Source: Cyanidioschyzon merolae (lineage: Eukaryota). Taken from it: 64,000 nt of DNA. The translations under genes were made by a program, and so were the position numbers. Location: the NCBI GenBank assembly GCA_000091205.1, contig AP006496.2. One strand, 5' to 3'. Positions 1 through 11,019 of this stretch are shown here, one piece after another (positions within the stretch are counted from its first letter, which is position 1; the number at the start of each line of letters is the position of its first letter). The notes under the pieces are model-generated. The model saw only the letters and a list, made by a program, of their open reading frames with translations. It was not told where the DNA came from and searched no databases.

Positions 1-2486
1 AATCTGGCCATGAATGGGAGCAGGTGGCGCACGAACTTGGGTGTGCGAGCGTTCTGCAACCGAAGGAAGAGCACTTGCAAGATGGCACCAAGATAAGCAT
101 CGAGACGGTCACCGGAAGCACAGGCATCAACGATCGCACTCAGCAGCCGCAGACCATCATGGTCGTGAGCGCGGAAAGCAACCAGCCTTTGGAAGACGCC
201 AAGCACGCGAGGCAGGTGCTCTGCATCGCAGAGCAGATCAGGGCTGGTGCGTAGGAAACAAACCAACAACGACACCATGCTGGGGATGTAGCTGTGTCGA
301 TCCCAGAGAGGCGGCGCCAGGAGCGGCGGCACCAATCGCTGGTAGGCGGGCGTCAGACCTTCGTCGCGCCAGAGAACCATTTGACCCAGCGTCTGGAATA
401 CGTACGGCGCTAACTCGACGATGTCCTGCTGAAGGATCCTTTCGAAGACTGGAAAGAGCAGCGATTCTATCGCCGACACGCCTGCATGACGCAGCAGCAG
501 CACCAGAGTCTCGAAGAGGTTGTGGGCGTACAGCGCATTCGCGTAGCCCCCGAGATGCTGTTCTAGATCCATGACCAGCAACTGCGCAACTGCCGGACCC
601 TCTTTGACGGGTACAAAAGCCGCCAGCTGAAGCAACAGTTTCATGAGGTATTCATTTTCGGGGTCCCGAACCATCTGTCGAGCAATCGCCTCGATACAGG
701 GCTTGATCTGGCTGCTGTCCATCTTCAGCTGCTGCATTTGCGGCTCCTGATGAGCGCTGGCTAGCACTCGTTCCAGGAAACGGGCCGCATAGCTGTGCAC
801 GACCGGATCCGCGTCATCCAAGAGGCGGACGAGGTAGGGCTCCAGACCCTTCAAATCCGCAGCCGTCAGTCGCGTACGAAACATGAGCAGGAACTTCAAC
901 GCCTCTGCAGTGAGGAGCGGTGGCGAACGTTGGCGCTTCGTCTGTGATACAACCTGGGTGATCTCGGGAAGTATATGTGTCTTGGTGAAGCTTGCCACAT
1001 CGATGAATTCGCTGGTGTTGACCGCACCGGATGTACGGGTGCCTGCTCGCCAGCTCAAAGCCGCTACAATCAATATGGCATTCACCTTTTGTCGCCAGTT
1101 GTGCCTGGGGTCCGATTCACATGCCTCCAGCATGCTGCGCACGTACCCCGAGAACACGTGTACGATGCGCTCCTCGAAACGCTCGAGCAGGGCCCGCAGA
1201 AGCTCACCGGCCGCCCGTCGCCGATTGGACACGTCACTTCCGTCGAGCTCTAGGCGGATAAAGTCTCGCGGCATCTCTGAGAAGAGATCGAGATCAGCCT
1301 GTCGAAGCTGCATGTTCGGTGCTACGACGCGTTCACAAACATAGTGGAGTAAACTCGTTCCACTGGCACTCTCTGAAGCCTCAATCAACGTATGCAGCAG
1401 CAGCAGATGATCCACGCCCCGCGCGATCGTTGTCAAGAACCGAATGCCCGCAATCACAACGCTGTCGTAGCGACTGCGCAAACCGCGATGAACCAGCAAG
1501 ACACAGATCGTCGTGAGAAAGTTGGGCAACAAAGAGCGAAACTCTTCTTCATACTTTTCAGCATAAAGAATCAGACATTCGATGATGCGGGCCTGGAGCG
1601 TGTCCAGCGGTGCTGGCTCCGCCTCGTCGTCGCTGTCGAGGTTGTAGGCGGCACCAGCAGCGCTTGACGCTGCCGGCGCTGACAATCCTGCGGTCGTAGG
1701 TGCGTCGCTCAGTGCCTGATCGGCCTGAAGAATCCACCCGAATTCACTCATCCATTCCGCCATGTGATCTTCGAAAAATTCCGGCAAATCCTGGTAGTTC
1801 AATGAATAGAATATCTCGGTAATGTGCTGCATCGCGGAGAGCACCAGCGTCGCCGTTGCGGTCTCCAATGGATTCGAGCCGCTGCGCCAAAACATACACA
1901 AGCGCTGGAAAAGACGTAGCAGGAGCGACTGCGTTGCCTGCAGAACGAGCAGAATTTCCTGGAAAAGCGGATCGCTGCGTGTCTCGTGTCGATACCGCTC
2001 AACCAGCGCCTCCAGCGTCTCGAGTGAACCAAGCAGAAGAGCGCTATCCCAGTGTTCGAAAGGCTGTTCCACACAGCGCTCCAGGCCGCCGCTAACGAAC
2101 GGCAATAGCTCTGGCCAGTTGTGCGGAAAGTCTTGCGCCGCGATGACAGCCACTGCTTCGATCAGCTGACGACGCACTGCCGCTTGACGCACTGTTGTGA
2201 GCGGCAGTATCATAGCGCGTAGCGCTGCCCGATCAGTCGGAGACTCGTCCTCCCAGCGTCTCTTCACCACATTTTTAAAGTATATCGCAGCTGCCTGGCG
2301 TACAGCCACTGCTGAGCCCGCTTGTGTCGCGGCAACTGGATCGGCCTCCGCAGAAGCGATCAGTTGCAGGAGCTGTGCCAGGAAGCCCGGTTTGCTAGAC
2401 GCCGACTCTAGCACCGCCTCCGCGCCACGTCTCGTTTCCGTTACAGGAGAGAGCGTAGCAAGCACATAACTGTACAGATCATCCAT
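1..2486 (-). CDS. CSE1: Exportin CSE1/CAS (importin-alpha re-exporter), 5' partial: the ATG is at 2486-2484 and the ORF runs off the left edge of the window (about 828 codons visible, no stop). It is absent from the ORF track because it is incomplete.
   Basis: Manual translation of the minus strand gives MDDLYSYVLATLSPVTETRRGAEAV...AVRQAAAIYFKNVVKRRW...AQDFPHNWPELLPFV...ERYRHETRSDPLFQEILLVLQ...FYSLNYQDLPEFFEDHMAEWM. These are the hallmark Cse1 N-terminal motifs (FKNxIKRxW, EDFPxKWPxLL, KRYRHEFxSxxL, FYSLNFQDLPEFFEDNMxxWM). The frame stays open and Cse1-like down to position 1. Confidence 0.85.
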   Translation of the reverse strand, partial: MDDLYSYVLATLSPVTETRRGAEAVLESASSKPGFLAQLLQLIASAEADPVAATQAGSAVAVRQAAAIYFKNVVKRRWEDESPTDRAALRAMILPLTTVRQAAVRRQLIEAVAVIAAQDFPHNWPELLPFVSGGLERCVEQPFEHWDSALLLGSLETLEALVERYRHETRSDPLFQEILLVLQATQSLLLRLFQRLCMFWRSGSNPLETATATLVLSAMQHITEIFYSLNYQDLPEFFEDHMAEWMSEFGWILQADQALSDAPTTAGLSAPAASSAAGAAYNLDSDDEAEPAPLDTLQARIIECLILYAEKYEEEFRSLLPNFLTTICVLLVHRGLRSRYDSVVIAGIRFLTTIARGVDHLLLLHTLIEASESASGTSLLHYVCERVVAPNMQLRQADLDLFSEMPRDFIRLELDGSDVSNRRRAAGELLRALLERFEERIVHVFSGYVRSMLEACESDPRHNWRQKVNAILIVAALSWRAGTRTSGAVNTSEFIDVASFTKTHILPEITQVVSQTKRQRSPPLLTAEALKFLLMFRTRLTAADLKGLEPYLVRLLDDADPVVHSYAARFLERVLASAHQEPQMQQLKMDSSQIKPCIEAIARQMVRDPENEYLMKLLLQLAAFVPVKEGPAVAQLLVMDLEQHLGGYANALYAHNLFETLVLLLRHAGVSAIESLLFPVFERILQQDIVELAPYVFQTLGQMVLWRDEGLTPAYQRLVPPLLAPPLWDRHSYIPSMVSLLVCFLRTSPDLLCDAEHLPRVLGVFQRLVAFRAHDHDGLRLLSAIVDACASGDRLDAYLGAILQVLFLRLQNARTPKFVRHLLPFMAR

Positions 2487-2600
2487 GCTCACGGTGTAAC
2501 GTACTCGGAACTGGCAGTCCAAAGACTTGTCGGGTCGCACACTGGCGGTACGCCGTAGACACGGCAGGCGCCGCGCGCGCAGCGCCACACGGCGGGACAG

Positions 2601-2637
2601 GACACACACACACACACACAGAGCGAGAGCGAGAGAA
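2601..2637. repeat. (CA)n followed by (GAGC/GAGA)n microsatellite in the CSE1 5' flank
   Basis: gacacacacacacacacacagagcgagagcgagaga read directly. Confidence 0.9.
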
Positions 2638-4370
2638 ACACAGCAGTGCGGCAGTGGGTCTAGTTGACGCCTTGCCAACTTTAACCAGGAGATGCTATGC
2701 GTCACCGGGAGCAGCTGGTGTGCTCGACACTCAAACGAGCGTATGAACGAGGCAAAGGCATGTCTGGTCTGTGGATCGGAGAACTTGAGAGGTTTTGCAT
2801 GGAATATGGAGAATGCCTCCGCAGACGCCGATACGCATCGCGCACTCCAGGATGCCCTGTATATTGGTCAATCCTAAATCCTAGATAGAAAATAGATAAT
2901 CGTCAGGGATGAATTTATCGTTTAGATCATCGAGTGAGCGCTCTCCCACGTGCGATGGTTCGGCATATTTTAATGGGTAGGCGCATTGAGGACACGACTA
3001 CTTTCGGATACACTGGCTGGAACGATCCATGGCTAACACTGGTGACGTTATCTTAACCATTGGACTCTAGCGTAACGTGAAAATGAGCTGAAACTGGTGT
3101 GTGTTTCTCAATGTATCGAGACTCGACGCGAACTAGATGCATGACTGATGCATCGACTGTAATAAAAAAGGCTTGACTGCTGGCGGCAGCAAGTGCTAAC
3201 CGCTCCATGCTGAACGTCTCTGGGATCTACTCGGTTGAGTGCAGTCGTTCCGAAGAGCGCTTTCTTTGCAAAACTTGCACCTGCATATCGGTACACGCGC
3301 ACCTGTGAGCAGGTTTTCTGTGCTGCAAGTATTGACGTTCGTGGTGGCGCTCGGGCCCCAGGCAGCGTTCCAAGGCAGGACAAAGCACTGACAACAGACA
3401 AGGTTGCTTGGCTGGACAGAGTATTCGGAACGCGTGTCTAAGCTATTCCTCCGCTCGAGCCGGGTCCCTGGGCTTGAGAGCGTTCGTTTCGCTTTCGTGA
3501 ACGCTGCACTGCCGCCGTTGTTGGTGACTGCTCTGAACCCTGTTCCAGTGTCGTTTTGCAGCGTTAGAACAGCTGTGCGCGTTCCAAAGGTCCAGCTGAC
3601 GGGGGGCTCCTCTCACAGACGACTGTGAGCAGATCAGTGCTGGTTTCAGGAAACCCAGTTGGACGCTGGGCGGTATCCTACGATGGGCGAGGAGTCTGCC
3701 GGGCGAACGCAAGCAGTCTCTCACGGTGTCTGAAGGGAGCGCTCGCGCCGCTTGCTATGCGGGACGGCGCCGGCAAGCCAGCGAAACCCTCCGAACTGGG
3801 CGGCGGTAGTCGCACTCGCTGCTGGGGATATGTGGACATCGGGCGTGAGCTATGCGGCTCAACGCCCAAGGCAGGCAGAGGGAACGCGTCGACACGCAGC
3901 GCAGTGTTTGTGATCGAAAATGCAAGGTGCACGAGGGACTAGTCTCGCGGGCCGGATTGCCACATAAACATTGAAGGAAGGTAAGCGGGATTTCGGGTGC
4001 CATTTTTTCACCGAATTTTCCGGAGAAACGGAATAGACTCTATCGCCTTTTTTTTGTGACGCTGGCGGCGAAGCATTGGACCAGACCTGCAGCGACTGCA
4101 CGGCAGTCTGGTTTCCGGTCGGCCAGCAGCGCGCACCGCGTCCTCATTCAGAGCATGCGTCGGGACAGAGGCCTTCGACCAGAGAGCCGCCTGGAGCCTT
4201 GGGTGTCTATGAGCGCGTCATGCTTGCGCTGCGAAGGCTGCTTGGCACGCAACCCTGGAATCCAGTGGCCATGTACACGACGCTGCGCTCTGCAAGAGAC
4301 AAGCAGCACACCTGTGATCACCGTGCAGTCGTTCTGCAGCTTGTCGCGTACGGATGCAAGTTAGTTATTA

Positions 4371-5882
4371 TCATTTCCGATGAGGCACGGAGGTTTCAGA
4401 GGGCTTCCCGAGACCTCGCCATTCGAAGCGCTGCAGTTGATCGAGAGCGCCGAACGGACCTCGAACTGGCCGCAGGAAACGCTGCAAATCCGATTCGGGA
4501 ATATCAGCTATGTACGGGTCAAGCTCTGTGCGTGTCCACTGTTTCTTGAGACCAAAGAGCATTGCGAGGCGCGTTTCTGGTTTCTGTGGCAAAGCATCGG
4601 CTTCCAAGAGCTGCACGCGCATGGATGCACTCGGGCATGATGGTAGAAGTGTTGCGGGGTCAGATAACAGCGAGCTCTGCTCTGACGAAACCAAGTGCTC
4701 AGGTGCAGGCGACGATTTGCTAGAGTTGCGGAAGCGCTCCAGCGATGGGAGCATGATTGCCACCCCATGGAGCGACTGCAGCGCATGCTCGGTGTCAAAA
4801 GATGTATCGGATGGTAGTCGTCGCTGGATCTGCTCCATGAGTTCTTTCAGATCCATTGAGGCGTTGCGTTGTCGTCGCAGCAAACATGGGACCAAGTCGC
4901 GAACGACATCCGAAATGTGCAGGTCGAGCATATCTGGTGTCTGTGGATTCGGGCGGAACCATCTGGCGATTGCAAAGGCCGCGAGATTTCCGTCAATAAT
5001 GTCCATTTCGAGGAGAGCCGTCTCCAACAACGGTCTTGAAACATTCGTGACCGGCAAACGGTGCACGAGGATTGTGTCAAGAAGATGCTCTAGAAGACGC
5101 TCGCGGCCCCGGGGGTCGAGGATCCAATACTTGGACGAAACGGGATCGAAGATGATGCCTATCTCTGACATGCTGGCACGCAGTTCGCTTTCGGAGGCAT
5201 GACTCAAACACAGGAGCGTTTCCCAGGAGACTCCTTCGAGATCCATTTCGTACACCGCGAAAGTCTTCATGAACTTGATTAGGGTACGAAATCGCGGTAC
5301 CATGCGTTGGCATTGCAAGACGCTGTGAAGCGCAGCGCGCAGGCGCAAGCAACGCGACTGCTTGGCGCCCGACGCCGACTCGCAAGGCTCAAAGACCAAC
5401 AACGAGTTGGAGGTTTCTTGTCGCCAGAGCGAAAAGACCGCATTTTTGCTGCAAAGCACAGACCGGCGCTCCTCGTCGTCCACGGTGAAACCTGTGTCCG
5501 AAGATATGGTATCTGGGGCGGTTGGACCGTCACAGTTACCGCGGCCTCGGCTGGTCGCGCCCATATCGTGCCTCATCCGCTCGACCAGAAACGACACCTC
5601 GTCCGGCAGCAAACCATCGAACACGAGTCCTTCGCCCGCACTGAAAGCGCCGTGAACAAAGTTTGCGAGAGGATCTTCCGAGTTCGCTGTATCGCCGGGC
5701 GGTGTGTCGGTTTTCAGAAGCATATCGAGGCTCAGGAGCAGGTACTCATTCTCTGCCACATTGCCGTCAAGAAAAAGCGGGAGAGCGTTACAGCGCGCTT
5801 CGGGTAAACTGCCCATAGTACTCGTCTGCGCTGAAGCGACAGTGAGCTGCAGCACCGCCAGAAAGCGAGTCGCGCGCGCCAA
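4371..5882 (-). CDS. DCC1: Sister chromatid cohesion protein DCC1 (Ctf18-RFC subunit) homolog. The start codon is uncertain; the true start may be the internal Met (MGSLPEAR...).
   Basis: 503-aa ORF. RRSVLCSKNAVFSLWRQETSNSLLVFEP matches DSCC1 AVLCSKDKTYDLKIADTSNMLLFIP. YWILDPRGRERLLEHLLDTI matches YWRILEFDYEMKLLNHVTQLV. LFGLKKQWTRTELDPYIADI matches LFSLREKWTEEDIAPYIQDL. Confidence 0.7.
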   Translation of the reverse strand: MARATRFLAVLQLTVASAQTSTMGSLPEARCNALPLFLDGNVAENEYLLLSLDMLLKTDTPPGDTANSEDPLANFVHGAFSAGEGLVFDGLLPDEVSFLVERMRHDMGATSRGRGNCDGPTAPDTISSDTGFTVDDEERRSVLCSKNAVFSLWRQETSNSLLVFEPCESASGAKQSRCLRLRAALHSVLQCQRMVPRFRTLIKFMKTFAVYEMDLEGVSWETLLCLSHASESELRASMSEIGIIFDPVSSKYWILDPRGRERLLEHLLDTILVHRLPVTNVSRPLLETALLEMDIIDGNLAAFAIARWFRPNPQTPDMLDLHISDVVRDLVPCLLRRQRNASMDLKELMEQIQRRLPSDTSFDTEHALQSLHGVAIMLPSLERFRNSSKSSPAPEHLVSSEQSSLLSDPATLLPSCPSASMRVQLLEADALPQKPETRLAMLFGLKKQWTRTELDPYIADIPESDLQRFLRPVRGPFGALDQLQRFEWRGLGKPSETSVPHRK

Positions 5883-6529
5883 TGTAAGATAATTCGGAGC
5901 AGGCGTGAAGTGGCCCTGGTCGAGCCTGATACTCCTTCAGGTGCGTGCCTCGAAGAACGGAGTTTATATTAGAACTTGCGGATCGGTGCGAAGAGTCGGT
6001 TGCAAGAGCGTACACGACTCGAGCGCCACAAACGAGCGCGGCGCACCCGAGTGCCTGCACCTGCACTACCGCGACCCGCGCCAGCGAAGTTTTTATGCTG
6101 TAGAATTATTGAGGAGAATCGTAGAAGTAAGCGTGCCTGCACCCGTGATGTTTTTGATGCGATAGGCTCGTTGAAGAGAGTCTGAGGCGTGCAGCTGCCC
6201 TCCGCTCACAAGAATCGAGCGGTATTCCACGAGCGCCTCTGTCGATGGCGCGCGATGTTGCCGCCCATGCGGGCACATCAACGACCTCAGGCTCGATTTG
6301 GCGTGCGCGCGCGCTCGTAGCGCCAGCGGGGCGTCTATGCGCAATGCTATCGACTGAAGGAACACTTTGATGGTCTACCACTTGTACTGGAATACTTCTC
6401 CGACTCTATCTATAGATATATGCGGTGCTTGATGTTCTATGGAGTGTTGAGGGCACCATGAACGTGCCTGGATCCGGACGGAATACTATGCAATGCATAT
6501 TGGGCACTGATTTTTCCAACGAGAGTTTG

Positions 6530-8268
6530 GAGCGTTGCAGCGCAGCGTCTGCATCAGTAAGAGTCGCTTCCCTGGCAAGCTCGCTCGACGTAAAGCCGGT
6601 GGACGATCTGGAAGCACGAGATATTGCCTGAGGTTGATCGAGGGGTTCAAGTCTCGATGCAGTATGGACGGGTATGTGTGTGTACTTGCTGCTGGCGTCA
6701 CGACGCAGCGAGCCTCACGCCTTTGATTGCCGCTGCATCTCATGGTCGAGCGGCTTACCGTACGCCATCTCGTGCGTCTGTCTCTGTTTCGCTCTCTGAT
6801 TCTCTACCGGATTCGGCACGCGCCCGTGCTCATGACACGTGTATGCCGTCCTGAACACATCGGCGGGCATCGTGCAGCGCGCATTTCTGTATTTACTTCT
6901 GTATTTCGGCATGCTCATTGCATGAGCAGGCGTCCAGCATTTCTGCGTTATAGCGCGCCCTGCTCCATGGGTTACCTATCAAAGAAAACTGAGCAGCTTC
7001 ATCTGCTTCGCACTGAGGCCTTCGGCTCCGTCCCCGCGCTCTAGACGCACAGCGAAGGCCATGGCGCTATCTGACCTGGGAATCACGCGCACAGCGAAGC
7101 CTTTCCCCGCATCTAGCTTGAACAGTTGGAAATGCGTCGCGCTGCCCGAAAGGATACTTTTCGGCACCTGCGCTGTCGAGGTCCCGTTCAAGGACGTGGT
7201 GCGTCGACCTTTCAAGGTATTCTGCGGGCTGTAGGTGCGAGTCTCTGACCCGACGCTCAGGCCGTGTTGCGGGTTTTGTTCCGGGCTTCATTCACGCTGT
7301 CCCTCGGGGAGGGTTCAGCCATAAAAAGCGCAGAGCAATGTGGACAGCTGGCAGCCCTGCGCCCGCAACACGTACGCATTGTTGGTGAACGAGCTGCGTC
7401 ACAGCGCGCGAAACTGAGAGAGTCCTCATCGAGTGCGAAGCAACGCGACGCCATTTGGCGACCTGTATCTCGCTTTACTGAATATTCTCCCTGCTAATGT
7501 GTCTTTGCAGGGAGGCGTCGAGAGTGGTTCCGGCGTCATGCGCCCGATCCGTGAGCTTTTCCTTCCTGTCCCTGCACATCCTCTTCGTCTGAGGGATCCT
7601 CCTGCTCGTGGCGGAGCGGCCTCTTCGCCTTTGCGTCCGCTCGGCTGCGCGCGCCTTGAGCGCTTTCGAGTAAGGGGGCGCATCGTACCCAACGATCAAC
7701 CCAGAAGAATGCGTGATAGAGACGCAACGGAGCGCTTCGACGGAGTATGAGGTGCTGAACGAAGCCGTCTGCTTGGCGATCACTAGGTGGCTCGGCAATG
7801 AAGTCGCCTCTGGGCCTGATGGTGTCGGAATGCTCGCTTATTTGTGCTTTGGGATCCGTCGTTCGCGCCTCGTTGGGTACCCTTGTGCGGGTCCACCATC
7901 GCTCCCGAACAAGTCCCTTTGCGGCGTTATACGGAAATCGAGCACCTCATGTGAGAATCATTGGCGCCGCAGTGCGAAATCGATAAATTGTGTCGTTCAG
8001 CACGAAACAGTCTCCCATACAAGTGCATTCCCTTCTGTATCCGTCTGTGTCTCTTCGGAGCAGCTCGTACCGACGGTACGGCATCATCACAGTCGATGAC
8101 TGCTTCCGTGGAATTCCGTATCGAAGAAATGGAGTGGCATAAATTGACGAGGAGACACACTGATCAACACAGGGTTTGGTACCGTCCGCATTGAGTGCGA
8201 ATCGTTCATCATGCAGAATACGAGTGGGTAGCTGCATCCAGCCGCTGACCCTGGACTGGCTGACTTGT
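6530..8268 (-). mobile_element. Copy 1 of a ~2-kb dispersed repeat family carrying a decayed TnpB/Fanzor-like ORF (sense on the minus strand), truncated at both ends relative to copies 2 and 3
   Basis: Near-identical DNA at 39945-41925 and 59294-61285. Minus-strand ORF pieces contain KLDAGKGFAVRVI (RuvC-I-like, compare [16 protein letters not shown]), AVRLERGDGAEGLSAKQMKLLSF (compare [25 protein letters not shown]), VFRTAYTCHEHG (compare B EFRTSYTNHELG) and ILHRDLNPSINLRQYLVL (compare B FVNHDLNAAINIKRCAVL). The reading frame is broken many times. Confidence 0.75.
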
Positions 8269-9718
8269 ACAAATCATGTCGCCTTTGGTACACCAGCACT
8301 GACACCATAGAAACTTTACGCCAACTCTCTCCAATCGATAGGCTCCATTCTCTTTGTCTTAGGCATGCGACAACCATGGATAAAGACGAAACCTGACCTG
8401 CTGGTACAGTTGGTACAAAATTCGCTGCTCGGATTATATCGATGATGCGCTGTGTGCCGAGGACAAGGTGCGCGGACATTACCGGCTGCCGCTGTGGTCA
8501 CTGCAAGCACCCGCTCATAGCTATGCACCCGCTCGAGTCAAGCATGTGTGGTTCACGCGTCATCGCTTAGGAACGAATATTTCATCGTCGCTGCATTATA
8601 TCGCAGGAGATCGATATCACGATGCAACTGACCGTATAGATCGTAGACGAATTGACTCCAGGATATATTCTTTACTGAATAGTTCAAGGAGGATTGCGTC
8701 CCTTTTTCAGATCAGTCATGCCATAGGACGCAGATGATTGAGGAACACTGTAAGGAACCAGTATATGCGATCTGCGTCAAAAACCGATATTTTTAAAGAC
8801 TGCTTGCCGTTTATGCTAGAAAACTTCCGATTGATCAAACTACGGAAAGCAAAACTGACGATCAGAGCCATCCCGGGCGTCACTGTTTCTCAACAGATCA
8901 ATTGTATGGTCCTGGAAACAGTAGGATAGTCTCAAGAGTCATAATTCACGCACGGCCATCTTCCATGGAGATCGCAATGTCGACGTTCCTCGAACGTCGC
9001 GATCTTCATCAAGCAGAGTGACGTCAGTCTGTTTTTCAGTTGATGCGACATCCTCCGGACGAAAAGGTTGGAGTATACATGAGTATTCGTGGAGCTGGGA
9101 ACCCGTTGTATGTACGATCGAACTCGAAGAGAACGAGGACGTCATCCATTCTTGCTGCAATCGATCCATTTGGCTGTCTCAGATTCGCTTGTGGAGAAGG
9201 CTGAAAGAAAAGCACCTGCTTCGTCTACTACTTGGAAACTTTTCTCCTGACATCTGGTGACGCCATCCTATTGGACAGTGTCGAATTTCGCCATCCGCTT
9301 TCCGTTCGAGCATTTGCCGATTCTATCGGGGAACGAGCTGTCTTTCATTCCTCAGTGTGCTGCGTGGTTCATCCCCATCAGAGGAATGTTTTTGATCATG
9401 AAACGCAGTGATCGCTCCACTGGGTGAATCGCTGAAGCGTTCAGCACACGCTGGCACAACGGAGCACATAAAATCTTCCTTCTGCATGTGCGTCTGTCTC
9501 TGGGAAGGTCAGCACCTAAGGGCATAAACAAGGGCGTTCGTTTGAATACATTAAAAAATCCAGGGAAAGTTATGGACTCGGAAGTCCGAGATGTTTGAGG
9601 CCCGGTGTTGCCAGCTGCCGGATAAAAAACGGAAAGAATCCTTTTCTCGACAAACATCAAGCGAACAAGAGTATGTGACGAAGAAGAAAAAGAAAAGAGG
9701 GGACACAGCACAGCAAAG

Positions 9719-10006
9719 ATGTTTGGCCGACGGGATAGTGACGATCCTGTTATGTCACAGAGGACACGAGTTCGAGGAATCCTTGCTTTGGTGAGTTCCA
9801 CCAGCGGCAATAAACGCATGAAGTTCGTGAACCGAGAATTCAACGTCACCATCAGGATCAGACGATCTGCGGTGCTAAACACGGGGACCGAGGACCCCGG
9901 GCGATTTAACTTCATGGGGCAGCCTCTCAGACTCGACTTGTACCCAGATAATTCGAAATCGATAGCAGACGGCCGGTCCAGGAAAAGCTGGGAGACGTCG
10001 GTGTAA
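9719..10006 (+). pseudogene. C-terminal fragment of a TnpB/Fanzor-like nuclease gene, divergent from copies A and B
   Basis: RTRVRGILALVSSTSGNKRMKFVNREFNVTIRIRRSAVL...FMGQPLRLDLY aligns with B RRAKVRGLLALMSTTNDSKKRMEFVNHDLNAAINIKRCAVL...FIGQPLKVKLY. The stop codon TAA sits inside a GTAAGT hexamer. There is no upstream N-terminal part. Confidence 0.6.
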
Positions 10007-10027
10007 GTTTCTCCTTGATTCATTGAG

Positions 10028-10650
10028 AGGAACAGAAACTAACCATTCACTATCAACTCGATAACAATTTCTTCCCTGCTCTACCGTACACGTTTACAAG
10101 GGGAAAAGATTTCCGTATTTTCGAAAGCTTTCCTTCTAAGCGGAAGGTCCCGCGAGCCGGACGAGTCTGATGGGCTCGTGCTCCGTGCACCTCTGAAGTG
10201 CCCGGTGCTATAGTGAGGCCTGAACAGCTCCTCCGCAACGCACTATATTCTGGGACCAGGAGCAGGTAGGATGCATCCAGGTGTCGCCATAATCACAGAG
10301 GTCTCCGGGAATATCGCTTCGCGCTGTCGCAGGAAGTAGGCCTGTCTGCGCAGTTTGCAGACCCCCAGAATGCTGACAAGTCTGAATTCCGTATCGGATG
10401 AACCAAGCATCAAACCGACGCCCTGAGTGGTATGGCAAAGCCGTTCTGTCTCCGTGCAGCATCTGCTTCAACGGCATACGCGCGATTGCGGATGCAGCAA
10501 GACAGGTACCCGGCGCACGATCGAGCGTACATAACGACCGGTACATCCGAGAGGAACTATGGATCAGGGAACTTGCAAGTAGGTTGCAGCATGAAGGATG
10601 CTTTCTCGGTAACCAATATCCATCCCACAATCTGCGATCCATGGTCCAAG
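10028..10650 (+). repeat. Conserved ~620-nt non-coding unit, copy 1 of 3. It corresponds to the left end and leader of Fanzor-like element B and is a candidate structured RNA or regulatory module.
   Basis: Collinear DNA similarity to 21828-22450 and 54858-55460 with indels. Shared blocks are gaacaga[ag]a[ct][ct]aac, aa[ag]gg[ag]aaa...tt[ct]ccg, cccgcgagcc[ag]gacgagt, gcagttaa[ag]ctgc[ag]tctgggcgtcg, ggctcccagaatg and tgcatc[cg]gcatcagcgg. Reading frames are not conserved across copies (the 22-kb copy has stops), and a stem such as gcgagcc...ggctcgc is retained with changes. Confidence 0.6.
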
Positions 10651-11019
10651 GGATCATTCTACCGAATAACAACAAAATCGTGCGCAGGTCGCCGACGGCG
10701 CCCGCGCCTCTACCAGCCACAGACGTATGCGCTTTGCGTAGGCTCTTTGCTGGAGGCCTGTCGCTCAACACTGCACGTGCTGCTTTTCCCTCTGTGTGTG
10801 ATGCGGAAACGACGCAGCAGTTTAGGTTTCGTTGAGAATGTCTGCCTTGTGTCGGGCGTCGGGAGCGTCACGCGCTGGAGCGCTCGCGCTTCATCCCAGC
10901 GTGCCACCTCGGAAGCGCTGGTGTTTCGTCAGCCACGTGTTAGGGTTACTCGGCAACCGTCGAGGCGCTTGCGGCACCCTTTGGATGGCACTGGTGCGGG
11001 ACTGCGGGGCGCACAGCAC

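Noticed and set aside
14-2469. Plus-strand ORFs 14-574, 883-1344, 1822-2169 and 2197-2469
   Set aside because: All lie antisense to the CSE1 coding sequence, which reads open and homologous on the minus strand across this whole interval.
9352-10023. 223-aa minus-strand ORF
   Set aside because: It lies antisense to the plus-strand Fanzor C-terminal fragment (9719-10006) and has no recognisable motifs. It is typical of the long spurious antisense ORFs that GC-rich DNA produces.
10208-10835. ORFs 10208-10771 (-) and 10398-10835 (+) inside the conserved repeat unit
   Set aside because: The apparent protein similarity between the 10-kb and 55-kb copies (YGKAxLSPC...AIADAARQ) is explained by DNA-level identity of the repeat. 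The third copy has stops and indels in the same stretch, so it is not coding conservation.
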